DNA of 56,925 bases, taken from a virus (taxonomy: Duplodnaviria > Caudoviricetes). Shown piece after piece: positions 36,838 through 46,211 of this stretch. Location: positions 1 to 56,925 of the IMG/VR virus record IMGVR_UViG_3300013137_000023; one strand, given 5' to 3'. Position numbers and translations under genes: made by a program. Positions within the stretch are counted from its first letter, which is position 1, and every line of letters begins with the position of its first letter. A model generated the notes under the pieces. It was not told where the DNA came from and did no database searches. It was given only the letters and a program-made list of their open reading frames with translations.

Positions 36838-37485
36838 CTAAGCGCTGTCCCACTTAACTACACGGTTATCGGGATCACCCTGCCAGATCAGCTCAAACCC
36901 CAAAATGGCAATCCAGCCGATCCGTTTGTCACGGCCCATGTCGTTGATCTCAAACCGCAATTCCTCCGGTAAGGCAACGGCCTCCATGACCGCATCTTTG
37001 CCAAAGAAATAGGCTTCACCGGTGATGTTGGAAGTCCCAATGGCGTTGTCCATGCTGTTGGTGTCACGGACAAAACGAACATTGTAGTACTTACCGACCT
37101 CTCCATTTACTGGATATTTGGTGTACTGCCAAATCGACTCCAGGCTGTCATGGATACCCCGGAAAGCGGTTACGGTACAGATGGCCATATAATCGTCCCC
37201 GCCCTCCATCGGGGGAACAAGCATAGTACCCATCATGTAATCCACAACCGATTTCACACCGGCGGCATTCATATTGACAGAAGCCGTCAGGGTAGCGGTT
37301 CCATTTGTGGTAAAGTTACCAGAGGTGGTGGTAGAGGCCACATAGCGAACTTTAGCCGCATCCATCTGCGCCTCGACCCTCTTGTCAATAACCTTGACCT
37401 GATCGTTTTTAAGAGCCTCTACCTGAATGTTTTTGATATTCAGGGTAGCAAGGTTCTCGATCTTGCCCGTGTAACTCGTACTATT
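36838..37485 (-). CDS. Major capsid protein (N4-gp56-like family), exon 2
   Basis: NSTSYTGKIE...NGEVGKYYNVRFV...EAYFFGKDAV...DMGRDKRIGW; spliced product 306 aa. Confidence 0.85.
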   Translation of the reverse strand, partial: NSTSYTGKIENLATLNIKNIQVEALKNDQVKVIDKRVEAQMDAAKVRYVASTTTSGNFTTNGTATLTASVNMNAAGVKSVVDYMMGTMLVPPMEGGDDYMAICTVTAFRGIHDSLESIWQYTKYPVNGEVGKYYNVRFVRDTNSMDNAIGTSNITGEAYFFGKDAVMEAVALPEELRFEINDMGRDKRIGWIAILGFELIWQGDPDNRVVKWDSA

Positions 37486-37758
37486 CATTTACGTTAATGG
37501 CTAACTGTTTATGAAAGCCCTATCGGTTTCCCGATAGATCAGACCATATCTTCCGTTTCCGGTCGTGCGCTCGTGGAGCTTTACTGTCCGTTCTGGACTC
37601 CATGCTCTGGTCGTTGAACCTTCAGCCCATTCCTGGGCAGCTTGGTTGCTGATTGTCCAATCCTTGGAATTTTTATAACCATCACGCCCATCGTTACCAA
37701 TCACGTTGTGGTTTTCAAGGCTCTTAGGATTTCCCAGCAATTCACACGATATTTTTTC

Positions 37759-37787
37759 TTGACTTCCTTCTATGTTTCCGGTATAAT
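37759..37787 (+). promoter_or_regulatory. sigma70 promoter for the intron endonuclease (antisense to capsid mRNA)
   Basis: TTGACT-17 nt-TATAAT; AGGAG SD at 37806-37810. Confidence 0.8.
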
Positions 37788-37815
37788 ATACTCCATAATT
37801 AAACAAGGAGTAACC

Positions 37816-38496
37816 ATGAAGACAAGTAAAGATTATAGAGAAACCAAAGAAGCAATTTGTAAGTGTGGATGTGGACAAACCTTCTACCCTGTAAGGTTTT
37901 GGGGTAAGGCTAAATTTCCTGAATATATCAGGGGCCATCATCCGAATTGTCGCAAAAAGCAATTTGGACTTATCCCGGCATGGAATAAGGGAATGAAAAA
38001 AAGAGATCATCCTTCTCTTGAACGAATGGGATTTCAGGTCGGCCACAAATCTTTCTTTAATTGGGGGAATGTCCATGAGATAATGGATAAAAACCCATCT
38101 ATTAGAGAAAAATGGCTTAATGCCCAAAAAGGTAAAAAGCCGTGGAACAAAGGGCTTACAAAAGACCTTTATAAAAACGGGATTAAGTCTGGCCCGGAGC
38201 ATGGTAACTGGAAAGGCAATAAGCGTGGCATATACGACCTTGCTATCCTTAAGGAGTTTACAAAGCATATCCTTAAGAGGGATAATTATACCTGCCAACA
38301 GTGCGGAGATCATAATTATCTTGGCCGTGGTTCCCGTATAAAACTTAATGTCCATCACATTATTGCTATTAAAGAAGATGTTACCCAAGCTCTGAATCCC
38401 CAAAACGCCACAACCTTATGCTATGACTGTCATGTTAAAACCGAAAACTATGGAACAAAACTTATCCATAAAAGAAGAAAACAAGCGGGCAATTAG
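37816..38496 (+). CDS. HNH homing endonuclease with NUMOD-like DNA-binding repeats
   Basis: CKCGCG; PAWNKG/PWNKG; HGNWKG; RDNYTCQQCG...LNVHHI...NATTLCYDCH. Confidence 0.9.
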   Translation: MKTSKDYRETKEAICKCGCGQTFYPVRFWGKAKFPEYIRGHHPNCRKKQFGLIPAWNKGMKKRDHPSLERMGFQVGHKSFFNWGNVHEIMDKNPSIREKWLNAQKGKKPWNKGLTKDLYKNGIKSGPEHGNWKGNKRGIYDLAILKEFTKHILKRDNYTCQQCGDHNYLGRGSRIKLNVHHIIAIKEDVTQALNPQNATTLCYDCHVKTENYGTKLIHKRRKQAGN

Positions 38497-38499
38497 TTT

Positions 38500-38772
38500 A
38501 CCCAATTCTTCCATGGTCAGAGTACCCTTGTAAATCAAGAGTTGGGTCACGGGCATGGTGTTGGTTTCAGTTAAAACACCGCCCTCGGTAGCAAGGTTGG
38601 AAATCTTATCGAAATTCAGATTTTCCCCTTTGCCCTTACCAAAGGCTTCCTTGACGGTGGTGAACTGACGGAATTTTGCCAGGGGCTGCGCTTGCATCCG
38701 CCATTTCGTGCTTAAATAGTCATTGGACAAATAGCTTCCAAGACTATTAGTCACCCATACGTTTCCAGCCAT
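38500..38772 (-). CDS. Major capsid protein, exon 1 (91 codons)
   Basis: MAGNVW...AQPLAKFRQF...GKGKGENLNF...KGTLTMEELG; GGAGG SD; follows scaffold gene. Confidence 0.85.
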
Positions 38773-38775
38773 TAT

Positions 38776-39993
38776 TTACCCTCCTATATAGTCACGTCCG
38801 AGAAATGCTCGGTCTTGAATTTTTCTTCTCATGTCCACATATTCCTGTGGACTCATTACCTTTTCCTCTGGCTTCGGAGGAGTAAAACCCGGTGTCGGTT
38901 TGACCACGGGTGCGGCCACTAATTTCTCCCGCCTTTCGCCCTGGACAACCTGTTGAGCTTGAGGCTCTGGCTGTGCCGGTGGCGGCTGTGGGGGAGGGGT
39001 TTGTCCGTTTCCGCCTTGCGCTTGAGATTGGTCAGTCTGTAACAAGTCACGGGCCGCCCTGACGATGTTATCCACATACTCATGTGGATTTCGCATAATG
39101 ACTTTTCTTCCTTCAGGGGTAGCAAGTGAATGGGTGGCGAGAATCCCGATCAGCTTTTCATGTCGTTTCATGTCGGGGTATTTCTCCTCAAAATACTTAT
39201 CACTGGCCTCAATACGATCCTTGAAGGTAATGGCGGTCTGCTTGGTTACGCTTTCCTTGGTTCTTTCCTCAACAACGGACAACGCTTCTTTGACCGCTTC
39301 CTCTTTTGCTTCCTGCCTTAGTTGGGCGAGTATCTCTCTCGGCTTTTCCAAAATAGCGGTGGAGAGTTCATCATCTCCCATTTCCAGGACGCTTTTTTTC
39401 TTCTCCTGCACGGTTGAGGGGGGTGTTTCTCCCTGTTTCTGTCCGGACTGTAAAGTGTCAATCAGGTATTTCATCTGACGCTTTAGTTCGGCAGCCTCTT
39501 GGGTAGCCTCGTGCATTTTCTTTTCGGCGTTTTTATAACGCTCCTCGGTTTTAGTAACTTCCGCTTCGGCTTCCTGTAAGTCCTTGAACCGTACTGACGG
39601 TTTGGCTTCAGGAACAAGCGGTTCCCTTTGTCCTTCCTGTGCCGGTGTCTGAGGTGGCTGTGGTTGAGACTCGGTGCGCTCTCCGGCCTTAACTTCCCCT
39701 TCTTCCGACTGTGCCGATTGCTGGACTTGAATAGTCTGTTCCTCGCCTTGCGGTTCGGCTTCCTCTACCTGCTGTTCCGGCAATTCGGCTTTTTGCAACC
39801 AATCCTGGGGCTCCTTAGCCGCTTCTTCCATGTACTTAACGTAATTGGCCTCTACTTCAGATCGGTCGTTAAACGGCCTCTCCTCTGGTCTGTTTTCTAC
39901 CAACTGATCGGGATTGGGATGTTCCCCGGCCTGAATGTCCAGTTGAGTAGGTGCGGCTGATACGCCCTTCGGTGGTCTGCCTCGTTGTGCCAT
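38776..39993 (-). CDS. Putative capsid scaffolding protein
   Basis: E/Q/P-rich coiled coil between portal and capsid genes. Confidence 0.7.
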   Translation of the reverse strand: MAQRGRPPKGVSAAPTQLDIQAGEHPNPDQLVENRPEERPFNDRSEVEANYVKYMEEAAKEPQDWLQKAELPEQQVEEAEPQGEEQTIQVQQSAQSEEGEVKAGERTESQPQPPQTPAQEGQREPLVPEAKPSVRFKDLQEAEAEVTKTEERYKNAEKKMHEATQEAAELKRQMKYLIDTLQSGQKQGETPPSTVQEKKKSVLEMGDDELSTAILEKPREILAQLRQEAKEEAVKEALSVVEERTKESVTKQTAITFKDRIEASDKYFEEKYPDMKRHEKLIGILATHSLATPEGRKVIMRNPHEYVDNIVRAARDLLQTDQSQAQGGNGQTPPPQPPPAQPEPQAQQVVQGERREKLVAAPVVKPTPGFTPPKPEEKVMSPQEYVDMRRKIQDRAFLGRDYIGG

Positions 39994-40044
39994 AGATCCT
40001 CCTTGCGAGTCCCTTCATGGGAGTTTTCGCTCGTTAAAGGGTTA

Positions 40045-40096
40045 AAAATAAAAAAGCCCCCAAGGATACGGTTTCCCGTTATCCAAGGAGGCTTTT
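40045..40096 (-). terminator. Intrinsic terminator-like hairpin
   Basis: AAAAGCC...GGCTTTTTTATTTTT. Confidence 0.55.
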
Positions 40097-40233
40097 GGTA
40101 AAGCGTGCTTGGCTTTTATTGGTTAATAATTATTCTTTTTTGCTAATCGCTATTATCAAACCCACAATGTGCCTGTAAATATCAGGCATAGTTAGACGTA
40201 TAATTTCCAGATTTCTCGCTATATCTTCTACGG

Positions 40234-40473
40234 TCATTTGTTGAATTTATCCACTATCGCCTGGGTGGTTATCCGTGACTCAAAATATCTCCTGAACACC
40301 TCATATCCATTAGCCGCCCCTTGTGCATGAATCAAGTCATCTGTGGTCTTACCTGACTTAAACAACCTATAAGCATCCGTATCATAAAAGTCTAATAGAC
40401 TGAAGATAGCCTCTTTAAATTTTGGGTCTTTCATCAGGTCGGCAAAGTAACTATCGCATTGTGCCGGTGTCAT
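40234..40473 (-). CDS. Small protein downstream of portal
   Basis: Abuts portal stop; AQG motif. Confidence 0.6.
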   Translation of the reverse strand: MTPAQCDSYFADLMKDPKFKEAIFSLLDFYDTDAYRLFKSGKTTDDLIHAQGAANGYEVFRRYFESRITTQAIVDKFNK

Positions 40474-42519
40474 TTATTGTTTTCCTCCCATCATGCCAAT
40501 CGCCTGAAGTACCTGTTGGGGATTAACCGCTTGTCTTGGTTGACCTCCTGCGGGTGCTGGTATGGGTAGCCCACCCTTTGCAGCCGCACCACCCATACCA
40601 ATTTCCTGAACATTGGCTTCGTTTAGGTTGGCTTGACTCTGGAGATTATTGGCCCTGGCCCGTTCTGCTTCCATTTCCATTTGTTTCATTTTTTGTTCTT
40701 CTTCTTCGCTTATCAGTAATTCATGCGAATCGGCAAAAGCAAAATAACCAAGGAGGCGGTCTGCAAATTCACGCAGGTTTAACCTCTGGTATAGCGGCGG
40801 TATCTTGGCGCAAATTCCAAGGAACTCAAGCAATGACTTCAACTCCTCCATCTTACGGAAATACTCACTCACGGCCCCGCTTCTGATCGTTACGTTGCGA
40901 AGCAGAAACATGACCTTTTCTTCCCTTGTGGAACGGTTAAGTGGTAAGCCGTACTTCTTGGAAATCTCCTGAAGAACCGGGTCTCTGAAATCATCCCAAT
41001 ACATGATAGCCAACTGCCGGGTCATTTCCACAAATTCTTTAATAGCTTCCTCTACCGTTATGCCTATACTTTCCCACATGGCATTAGCTTCACCGGTCTT
41101 AACCTGTACCTCTGTTGCTGTGGTGTCGGCCCTGGTATTCAGGGCCATCATAATATCGGTAATAAAATCTACGTTCTGAATGGCCCTCCTGATGATCTCA
41201 ATACTGGCTAATGCTCCCTGGGGAATGTCGCTAAACGGAATCTCTCTTACGGCCTGTTCGCTACCCTTCTTTAATATCGGCCTACCCGGTTCAAGGTTAA
41301 GCAAAACATCGGGGTTTCGCAAAAGATCGGGGTCAACTTCAATCAGTTTATTCAACTTCCAAAGCAATCCGTCCATGCTCATATTAATAAGATTGTTGAG
41401 GGCTTTTTGTAATGATACGGCGGCCTCAATCATGGACTGCCCTTCATTCCTGAAAAGGAAATCTATGGGGCTGAATTTAATATATGGGGATCTTCCTTCT
41501 AATGATCCATAAAAGTTATATGGCTTATCTATCCGGTGTGGATTAAGGATATATTCTTTATTGGCAAGAACGAGATAGGCATTTTCATTAATCAGACTTC
41601 CATCTCTGGCAAACAATGGGCCGTGGTATTCGTAAATGTGGGCAGTTTTCTTGAAGCTGTTTTTCTGTGCCGATATATTCAGGTTGGCAAGGCGTTCAAC
41701 CTCTGTCTGATCAAAAGCATAATCAATCTCTTTCAGCTTCTTGACTTGGGCGGCATCGTAAAGTGGGGCTTCTCCGTTTGGTCCTTTCTTGCTGTATTGT
41801 TCCAACATATAAACCGGGATATAACTTTCTTCAATAAAGAACGTACCGGCCTTATCAAACCATGTCTGTCTTGGGTCAACCACTTCTGCGGCAAGCCGGG
41901 AACTTTCATAGGTTACTTTATCAAGGGCAATATCAACATAGGTATTATACATCCCGGCATCATCCTGCTCAACCTTTGTCTGTTTCGATACCTCCACGCC
42001 TGTTTTCTTAATGGGTTCCCACCATAGCTTGATAATACCAAGACCAAACACCAGACCGCTTTCAATGGCCTTACCTAAAACCTGAATCCACCCAATTGAA
42101 TTAAGCCAGTAGTCGAGAACCCTTTCCTGCCCGGCAATCTCAATAGAATCCATGCCCTCATTAAGTGGGTCTTTCAGGTCAAAGACACGTCTGGCACGAA
42201 AAAGGATACGCTTCAGAAGTGATGTGGCCTTTTTAATGGCTGGATAGAGTTCAGAAAGGAATACTTTTGACTGCCAGTCCTCTTTCTTTGATGTATCCTG
42301 GTAGTTGATATACATGGCCCAACAATCATCCCACACGGCCCGTACATTCCGATATTCATCTTCGGCTTGTTGGCGGCTTGTCAGGATGAAATCACGGGCA
42401 TCATCCAGATTGAAAGAATACTCTGGATTAGGTTCCTTCTTGTCCTCGTCTGCGATCTGGTCTGTGTTAGTTAAAATCTGGTCATTTTCAATTTGTGGTT
42501 CTTTTTTCCGACTTGCCAT
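40474..42519 (-). CDS. Portal protein (P22-like)
   Basis: 681 aa after terminase; WQSKVFL, GLGIIK, TTATEV motifs, Q-rich tail. Confidence 0.85.
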   Translation of the reverse strand: MASRKKEPQIENDQILTNTDQIADEDKKEPNPEYSFNLDDARDFILTSRQQAEDEYRNVRAVWDDCWAMYINYQDTSKKEDWQSKVFLSELYPAIKKATSLLKRILFRARRVFDLKDPLNEGMDSIEIAGQERVLDYWLNSIGWIQVLGKAIESGLVFGLGIIKLWWEPIKKTGVEVSKQTKVEQDDAGMYNTYVDIALDKVTYESSRLAAEVVDPRQTWFDKAGTFFIEESYIPVYMLEQYSKKGPNGEAPLYDAAQVKKLKEIDYAFDQTEVERLANLNISAQKNSFKKTAHIYEYHGPLFARDGSLINENAYLVLANKEYILNPHRIDKPYNFYGSLEGRSPYIKFSPIDFLFRNEGQSMIEAAVSLQKALNNLINMSMDGLLWKLNKLIEVDPDLLRNPDVLLNLEPGRPILKKGSEQAVREIPFSDIPQGALASIEIIRRAIQNVDFITDIMMALNTRADTTATEVQVKTGEANAMWESIGITVEEAIKEFVEMTRQLAIMYWDDFRDPVLQEISKKYGLPLNRSTREEKVMFLLRNVTIRSGAVSEYFRKMEELKSLLEFLGICAKIPPLYQRLNLREFADRLLGYFAFADSHELLISEEEEQKMKQMEMEAERARANNLQSQANLNEANVQEIGMGGAAAKGGLPIPAPAGGQPRQAVNPQQVLQAIGMMGGKQ

Positions 42520-42563
42520 TTAAGGTTCTCACGATCTCTCCCCCCGTAACAACCTTGTTAAGA

Positions 42564-42833
42564 TTAACTAAAACTTCTCCAATGCAGATTTCGGTCAAAC
42601 ACCCCAAGTCGTTTCGTTTCCCTTTCTATCCAATCTTTAGTGGGAAGCATGTGTCCGTGGGCTTCTGGATGGTCAATGTCAAAAGCATTGGGGCCGACAG
42701 GAAGTCTTTCGATCTCAAATAACGCCCCGCAATCCGTACACATGAACCGGCTGTATATTTTGGCCGTCTTGTTGCTAAATATATGTCCAACAAATTCAGC
42801 CGCCCCCGTACCACAATAGTTACAATATGCCAT
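42564..42833 (-). CDS. Zn-ribbon hypothetical protein
   Basis: CNYC and CTDC. Confidence 0.6.
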   Translation of the reverse strand: MAYCNYCGTGAAEFVGHIFSNKTAKIYSRFMCTDCGALFEIERLPVGPNAFDIDHPEAHGHMLPTKDWIERETKRLGVFDRNLHWRSFS

Positions 42834-42841
42834 AAAGCTCC

Positions 42842-44488
42842 TTATGTTGCATAGGTACTGGCAATTCCACGCCTCATCATTTTGTTTGCGGAACCATCTA
42901 AATAACTATAATCCCGTCCGCTATATTTGTTCTCTGGTGAACGCTCAATTAATAAACACATATAGCTGAAGGCTTTCCGGTAATGGTCCGGTCCCTGCTT
43001 GATCCAGGTATGTCTTACGGCACCAGAATCCTCATCCTCAACTTTCTTACGGGCCACATTATGACAATGCTTTGCAAATTCTTTGGTTATATCTGAAACT
43101 GCCGGGAGCAAAACCTTACCCTCCTGAATCATGTCATGGCTTGCATCCATAGCCTGTGTCTGATAAACCGAAACCTTCTTGGCTGTATCGTCCCAATGAA
43201 TACCCGTCTTAAAGCTGTTGCTATAATAACAGATCCAGGCCCGGTGTGGATACTGTTTTGCCCATTCAATCGCCCTGGCCGGGAACGGTAAACCGTCAAT
43301 CACAGAATAACAGTTATACCGTTTCATAAGATCGTCAAGACCTCCCCATGACGAAGTGCCGATATAAATAATCCTGACTGTTCCCCCGTATTCCTTACGC
43401 CCTACCACAACATGGTGTTTCTCCGGTCCAACATCAATACCCATGATGGTACTGATACCGCCCGAAGTATGTTCCATACCGTACCCCTTGCATAAAGCCA
43501 GAACGTGCGCTTCTTCAAGGCGGTCTTTTGCGTCTGTATAGGCCCGAGCCATTCGGCTGTTCCAGAAATCAGCCGGGTAACGGGTGGTAAAATACTCCTC
43601 ATAAATCTTATCCAGCAAGAACGGCTTGGCACTATGAAGCTGGCTGACACAATAGCCGCTTGCCGGTCTGCCCTGGTATAGTTTCCCCGGATACTTGGCA
43701 ACAAACTTATGTTTTGGATGAAGTAAGGGCAGTTCCTTGCCGCACTTGACACATACCCGCTTGGCTCCCTCCGGTGTCATAACCAGACATGCCGGAAAAT
43801 CTTCTTCCATGCAGGTATAATGGCGGCAAGCCTCACAATACATCATCCGGTATTTCTGGTCCGTCTTTTGAAACGCCTCATCCACACCGTAGTCAACCAT
43901 TGTTGGTGTACTAAAGATAGAAACTTCGGCAAAATCACTATGGTCCAGCCGTTTCATTGCGTGGTCTATGTTCTGCTGATCGCTTACATCAATCTCATCA
44001 AATACCAGTTTGTCGGCGCTGATGGTTCTGGCCTGCACAATGGACTTCAGGCCCCGAAAGTGAAGCATACATTGGCCTATCTTCTTGACCGTTGCCGTAT
44101 CGGTGTCCCTTACCAAGTCCTTTAATATGGGGTTGGCATCAATCAACGGACCAACCTTTGTCTTACTTACGTCTACCACGTCCGTCTTGGTAGGGAAGTA
44201 ATAGATAATGCCGGACTTGTATTTATAGGCGCATCCATGCAAATCCTTAATAATCTCTGAGGTGGTGTATCCGAGTTGCCCCCCCTTCAGGCAGACGATA
44301 AATGGGGCATCATCGTTAAAAAACTCCCACAAATATTCATGGCCCTTGAGAGTAAAAAGCTGCCCGGCATCCGGTATATAGAAATTATTATGCTCCGCCC
44401 ATGCCGAAGGGTCAACCCATTGAAGCGCCGCTTCCTGCCATTCCGGGTCATTGGGGTCGAATTTTGGTAATTTAGCTGGTCTTGCCAT
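42842..44488 (-). CDS. terL: Terminase large subunit (GpA-like ATPase + RNase H-like nuclease)
   Basis: KGGQLGYT, YFPT, LVFDEID, FSTPT, CxxC, MGIDVG, DHYRKA. Confidence 0.9.
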   Translation of the reverse strand: MARPAKLPKFDPNDPEWQEAALQWVDPSAWAEHNNFYIPDAGQLFTLKGHEYLWEFFNDDAPFIVCLKGGQLGYTTSEIIKDLHGCAYKYKSGIIYYFPTKTDVVDVSKTKVGPLIDANPILKDLVRDTDTATVKKIGQCMLHFRGLKSIVQARTISADKLVFDEIDVSDQQNIDHAMKRLDHSDFAEVSIFSTPTMVDYGVDEAFQKTDQKYRMMYCEACRHYTCMEEDFPACLVMTPEGAKRVCVKCGKELPLLHPKHKFVAKYPGKLYQGRPASGYCVSQLHSAKPFLLDKIYEEYFTTRYPADFWNSRMARAYTDAKDRLEEAHVLALCKGYGMEHTSGGISTIMGIDVGPEKHHVVVGRKEYGGTVRIIYIGTSSWGGLDDLMKRYNCYSVIDGLPFPARAIEWAKQYPHRAWICYYSNSFKTGIHWDDTAKKVSVYQTQAMDASHDMIQEGKVLLPAVSDITKEFAKHCHNVARKKVEDEDSGAVRHTWIKQGPDHYRKAFSYMCLLIERSPENKYSGRDYSYLDGSANKMMRRGIASTYAT

Positions 44489-44520
44489 TATGTTATGTTG
44501 GTATGCTCATACGGTTCATT

Positions 44521-44835
44521 CTACCTGCTACTTGAAAAGAATGTTTCTTTCTCTTCATCTTCATCTTCTTGGGCTGTCTTGACTTCCATCATCTGAATCT
44601 GAAGCTCGCACCGCCTATCCTTCCTGTCGCCATCATAGACGTTCTCAGAGAACCCCACACACTCGGCCTCGGCATAGACCTTAGTCTTATCACCAACCTT
44701 CAGCTTATCAAGGCCCAGGTCGTCAATTTTCTCATCACAAATAGTAATCCTAAGACCATAAGGATACCCGTTAAAGTCATCAGGCCCAGGCAAATCCTCC
44801 TGCACATCCTTCTTCTCAACCTTCATGTCAATCAT
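44521..44835 (-). CDS. Conserved phage protein (YPYGLRI type; possible capsid accessory)
   Basis: MIDMK...YPYGLRIT...LGL...VGD...ELQI. Confidence 0.65.
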   Translation of the reverse strand: MIDMKVEKKDVQEDLPGPDDFNGYPYGLRITICDEKIDDLGLDKLKVGDKTKVYAEAECVGFSENVYDGDRKDRRCELQIQMMEVKTAQEDEDEEKETFFSSSR

Positions 44836-44886
44836 GGTTTATTTATCCCCCGCTAAGCTTTTTTCTTGATATTATATTTAATTACG

Positions 44887-45018
44887 TTACCGCTTCTTCC
44901 CCCGTCTCGACTTCTCCAAGGCAATAGCCACGGCCTGTTTCTGAGGCTTCCCACTCTCCACCAGCTCCTTAATGTTCTGGCTTACAACCTTCTTCCCCTT
45001 ACCTTCCTTTAATGGCAT
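44887..45018 (-). CDS. Small basic phage protein (MPLKEGKGKK...QAVAIAL, 43 aa)
   Basis: Read from sequence; recurrent pre-terminase protein pattern; AGGTGG SD. Confidence 0.7.
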   Translation of the reverse strand: MPLKEGKGKKVVSQNIKELVESGKPQKQAVAIALEKSRRGKKR

Positions 45019-45178
45019 ACCCACCTACCTTTCCTTCTTCTTACCCTTGCTCATAGCCCACCCCACCCCCAACATGACCTTAATTTAATTTTTATATGGG
45101 GCTATTAAAGTTAAGCACCTGTTGTCAAGCACATCCCCATAGCCCCATTCCGAAACCCATCAATCGGGTCATTCGGCT

Positions 45179-45367
45179 CTAAATCCAATTCTCCGAGACA
45201 TACAGGCAGACCATCTTCCACCCAGGCTTCGTCTTCCCGCAATTCTCACACATCCACTTATATTCCCCGTGCATCTTCTTGTCAACCCACACCTGTTCAA
45301 AGTTCCTGATATGCTCCCCGTATTTCCTATCCTCTTTGTTATTCATACAGCTACACGGCTTTAACAT
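45179..45367 (-). CDS. Zn-ribbon hypothetical protein
   Basis: CSC...CENCG. Confidence 0.45.
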   Translation of the reverse strand: MLKPCSCMNNKEDRKYGEHIRNFEQVWVDKKMHGEYKWMCENCGKTKPGWKMVCLYVSENWI

Positions 45368-45875
45368 TATCTCCCTCTCTCAGGTTCCCCCACTTAACCC
45401 CCTGGCAGACCCGGATCCGGTAATTCCTGAACATGGTCTGTAAAACTCTGTTTATCCGGTTCCCCTTACAAAAAAGCCACGGGTTCATAAAATATTGCCT
45501 CTCCCTGCCGTTCCTCCCCCGATAAAGTATGTCTTTGGTAATTAAACAGTTTATCGTCTCAAATACCGTGCTTCTCGACAAGCAGGACAACCGCACCATG
45601 TCGTCAAATGTCAGCATATTCCCGTTCTCATGCTTCAAACAACAATCCTCATAACCAACAAACGGGCTAACCGTAAAAAGAAGCGCCTTTTCGTTCGGGG
45701 TCAAGTCCCCCATCCACTTAACAATCTCCCGCAGGTTCCCTTTATAAAAATGCTCAACCCTCCACACATGAACCCGGTCAAGATAACATATAGATGCCTT
45801 CCTCACTATCCGGTCCCCTTCTCCTATCTCCCCAACTACCTGACCAGTAGCCTCATCCAGTACTATTCTTGCCAT
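45351..45875 (-). CDS. RepL-like winged-helix protein
   Basis: LTPNEK...LSRSTVFETINCLITKDIL...YFMNPWLFCKG. Confidence 0.7.
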   Translation of the reverse strand: MARIVLDEATGQVVGEIGEGDRIVRKASICYLDRVHVWRVEHFYKGNLREIVKWMGDLTPNEKALLFTVSPFVGYEDCCLKHENGNMLTFDDMVRLSCLSRSTVFETINCLITKDILYRGRNGRERQYFMNPWLFCKGNRINRVLQTMFRNYRIRVCQGVKWGNLREGDNVKAV

Positions 45876-45881
45876 TCCTTA

Positions 45882-45938
45882 CCCCCGTAGGTTCGCCAGG
45901 CGAACTAAAACCCCCCCCGTAGGTTCGCCAGGCGAACT
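45882..45938. repeat. Two 25-bp direct repeats, each with palindrome GTTCGCC-A-GGCGAAC
   Basis: 45882-45906 and 45914-45938 are identical. Confidence 0.9.
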
Positions 45939-46211
45939 TTGGAATATTGACCTAAACCAATAATATCATTATGAGAACATGCCATTTTTCGGGTCGGTGC
46001 CCCTCTTAACTCTTAAATCAACCATTATAACCTATTTTCAGGTTCACGGGGTTTGTTCTTTTATCACCCCAAGTTTTCTGAGTTAGGGTATAAAAAAACC
46101 CAGGACCAAGGGCCAATGGGAACCCAACCCGATCCCCGTTTTTGACCCCCCCCTTGCCCTGAAAATCCTCCCAAACTGGCGAAGTCTGGAAGTTTACATA
46201 ATAAGTTTTTA

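Larger units (their letters stand above)
37486..38499 (-). mobile_element. Group I self-splicing intron (1014 nt) in the major capsid gene
   Basis: 5' exon ends in U with P1 UGGGU/GCCCG; core elements GAATTGCTGGGAA, AATCAGCA, TTCAACGACCAGA, AAGATATGGTC; terminal G at 37486; splicing restores the frame. Confidence 0.92.

Noticed and set aside
36815-36842. dif-like XerCD site after the capsid stop
   Set aside because: Central spacer would be 5 bp and both arms match poorly.
37642-37815. N-terminal extension of the HNH ORF in the ORF track
   Set aside because: It is antisense to the ribozyme core; promoter and SD point to ATG 37816.
37501-38403. 300-aa - strand ORF
   Set aside because: Shadow of the HNH gene running through the ribozyme core; no recognisable motifs.
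36838-38772. Stop-codon recoding or an intein as the cause of the split capsid gene
   Set aside because: Other genes are intact in the standard code, and the insert has group I RNA motifs rather than intein motifs.
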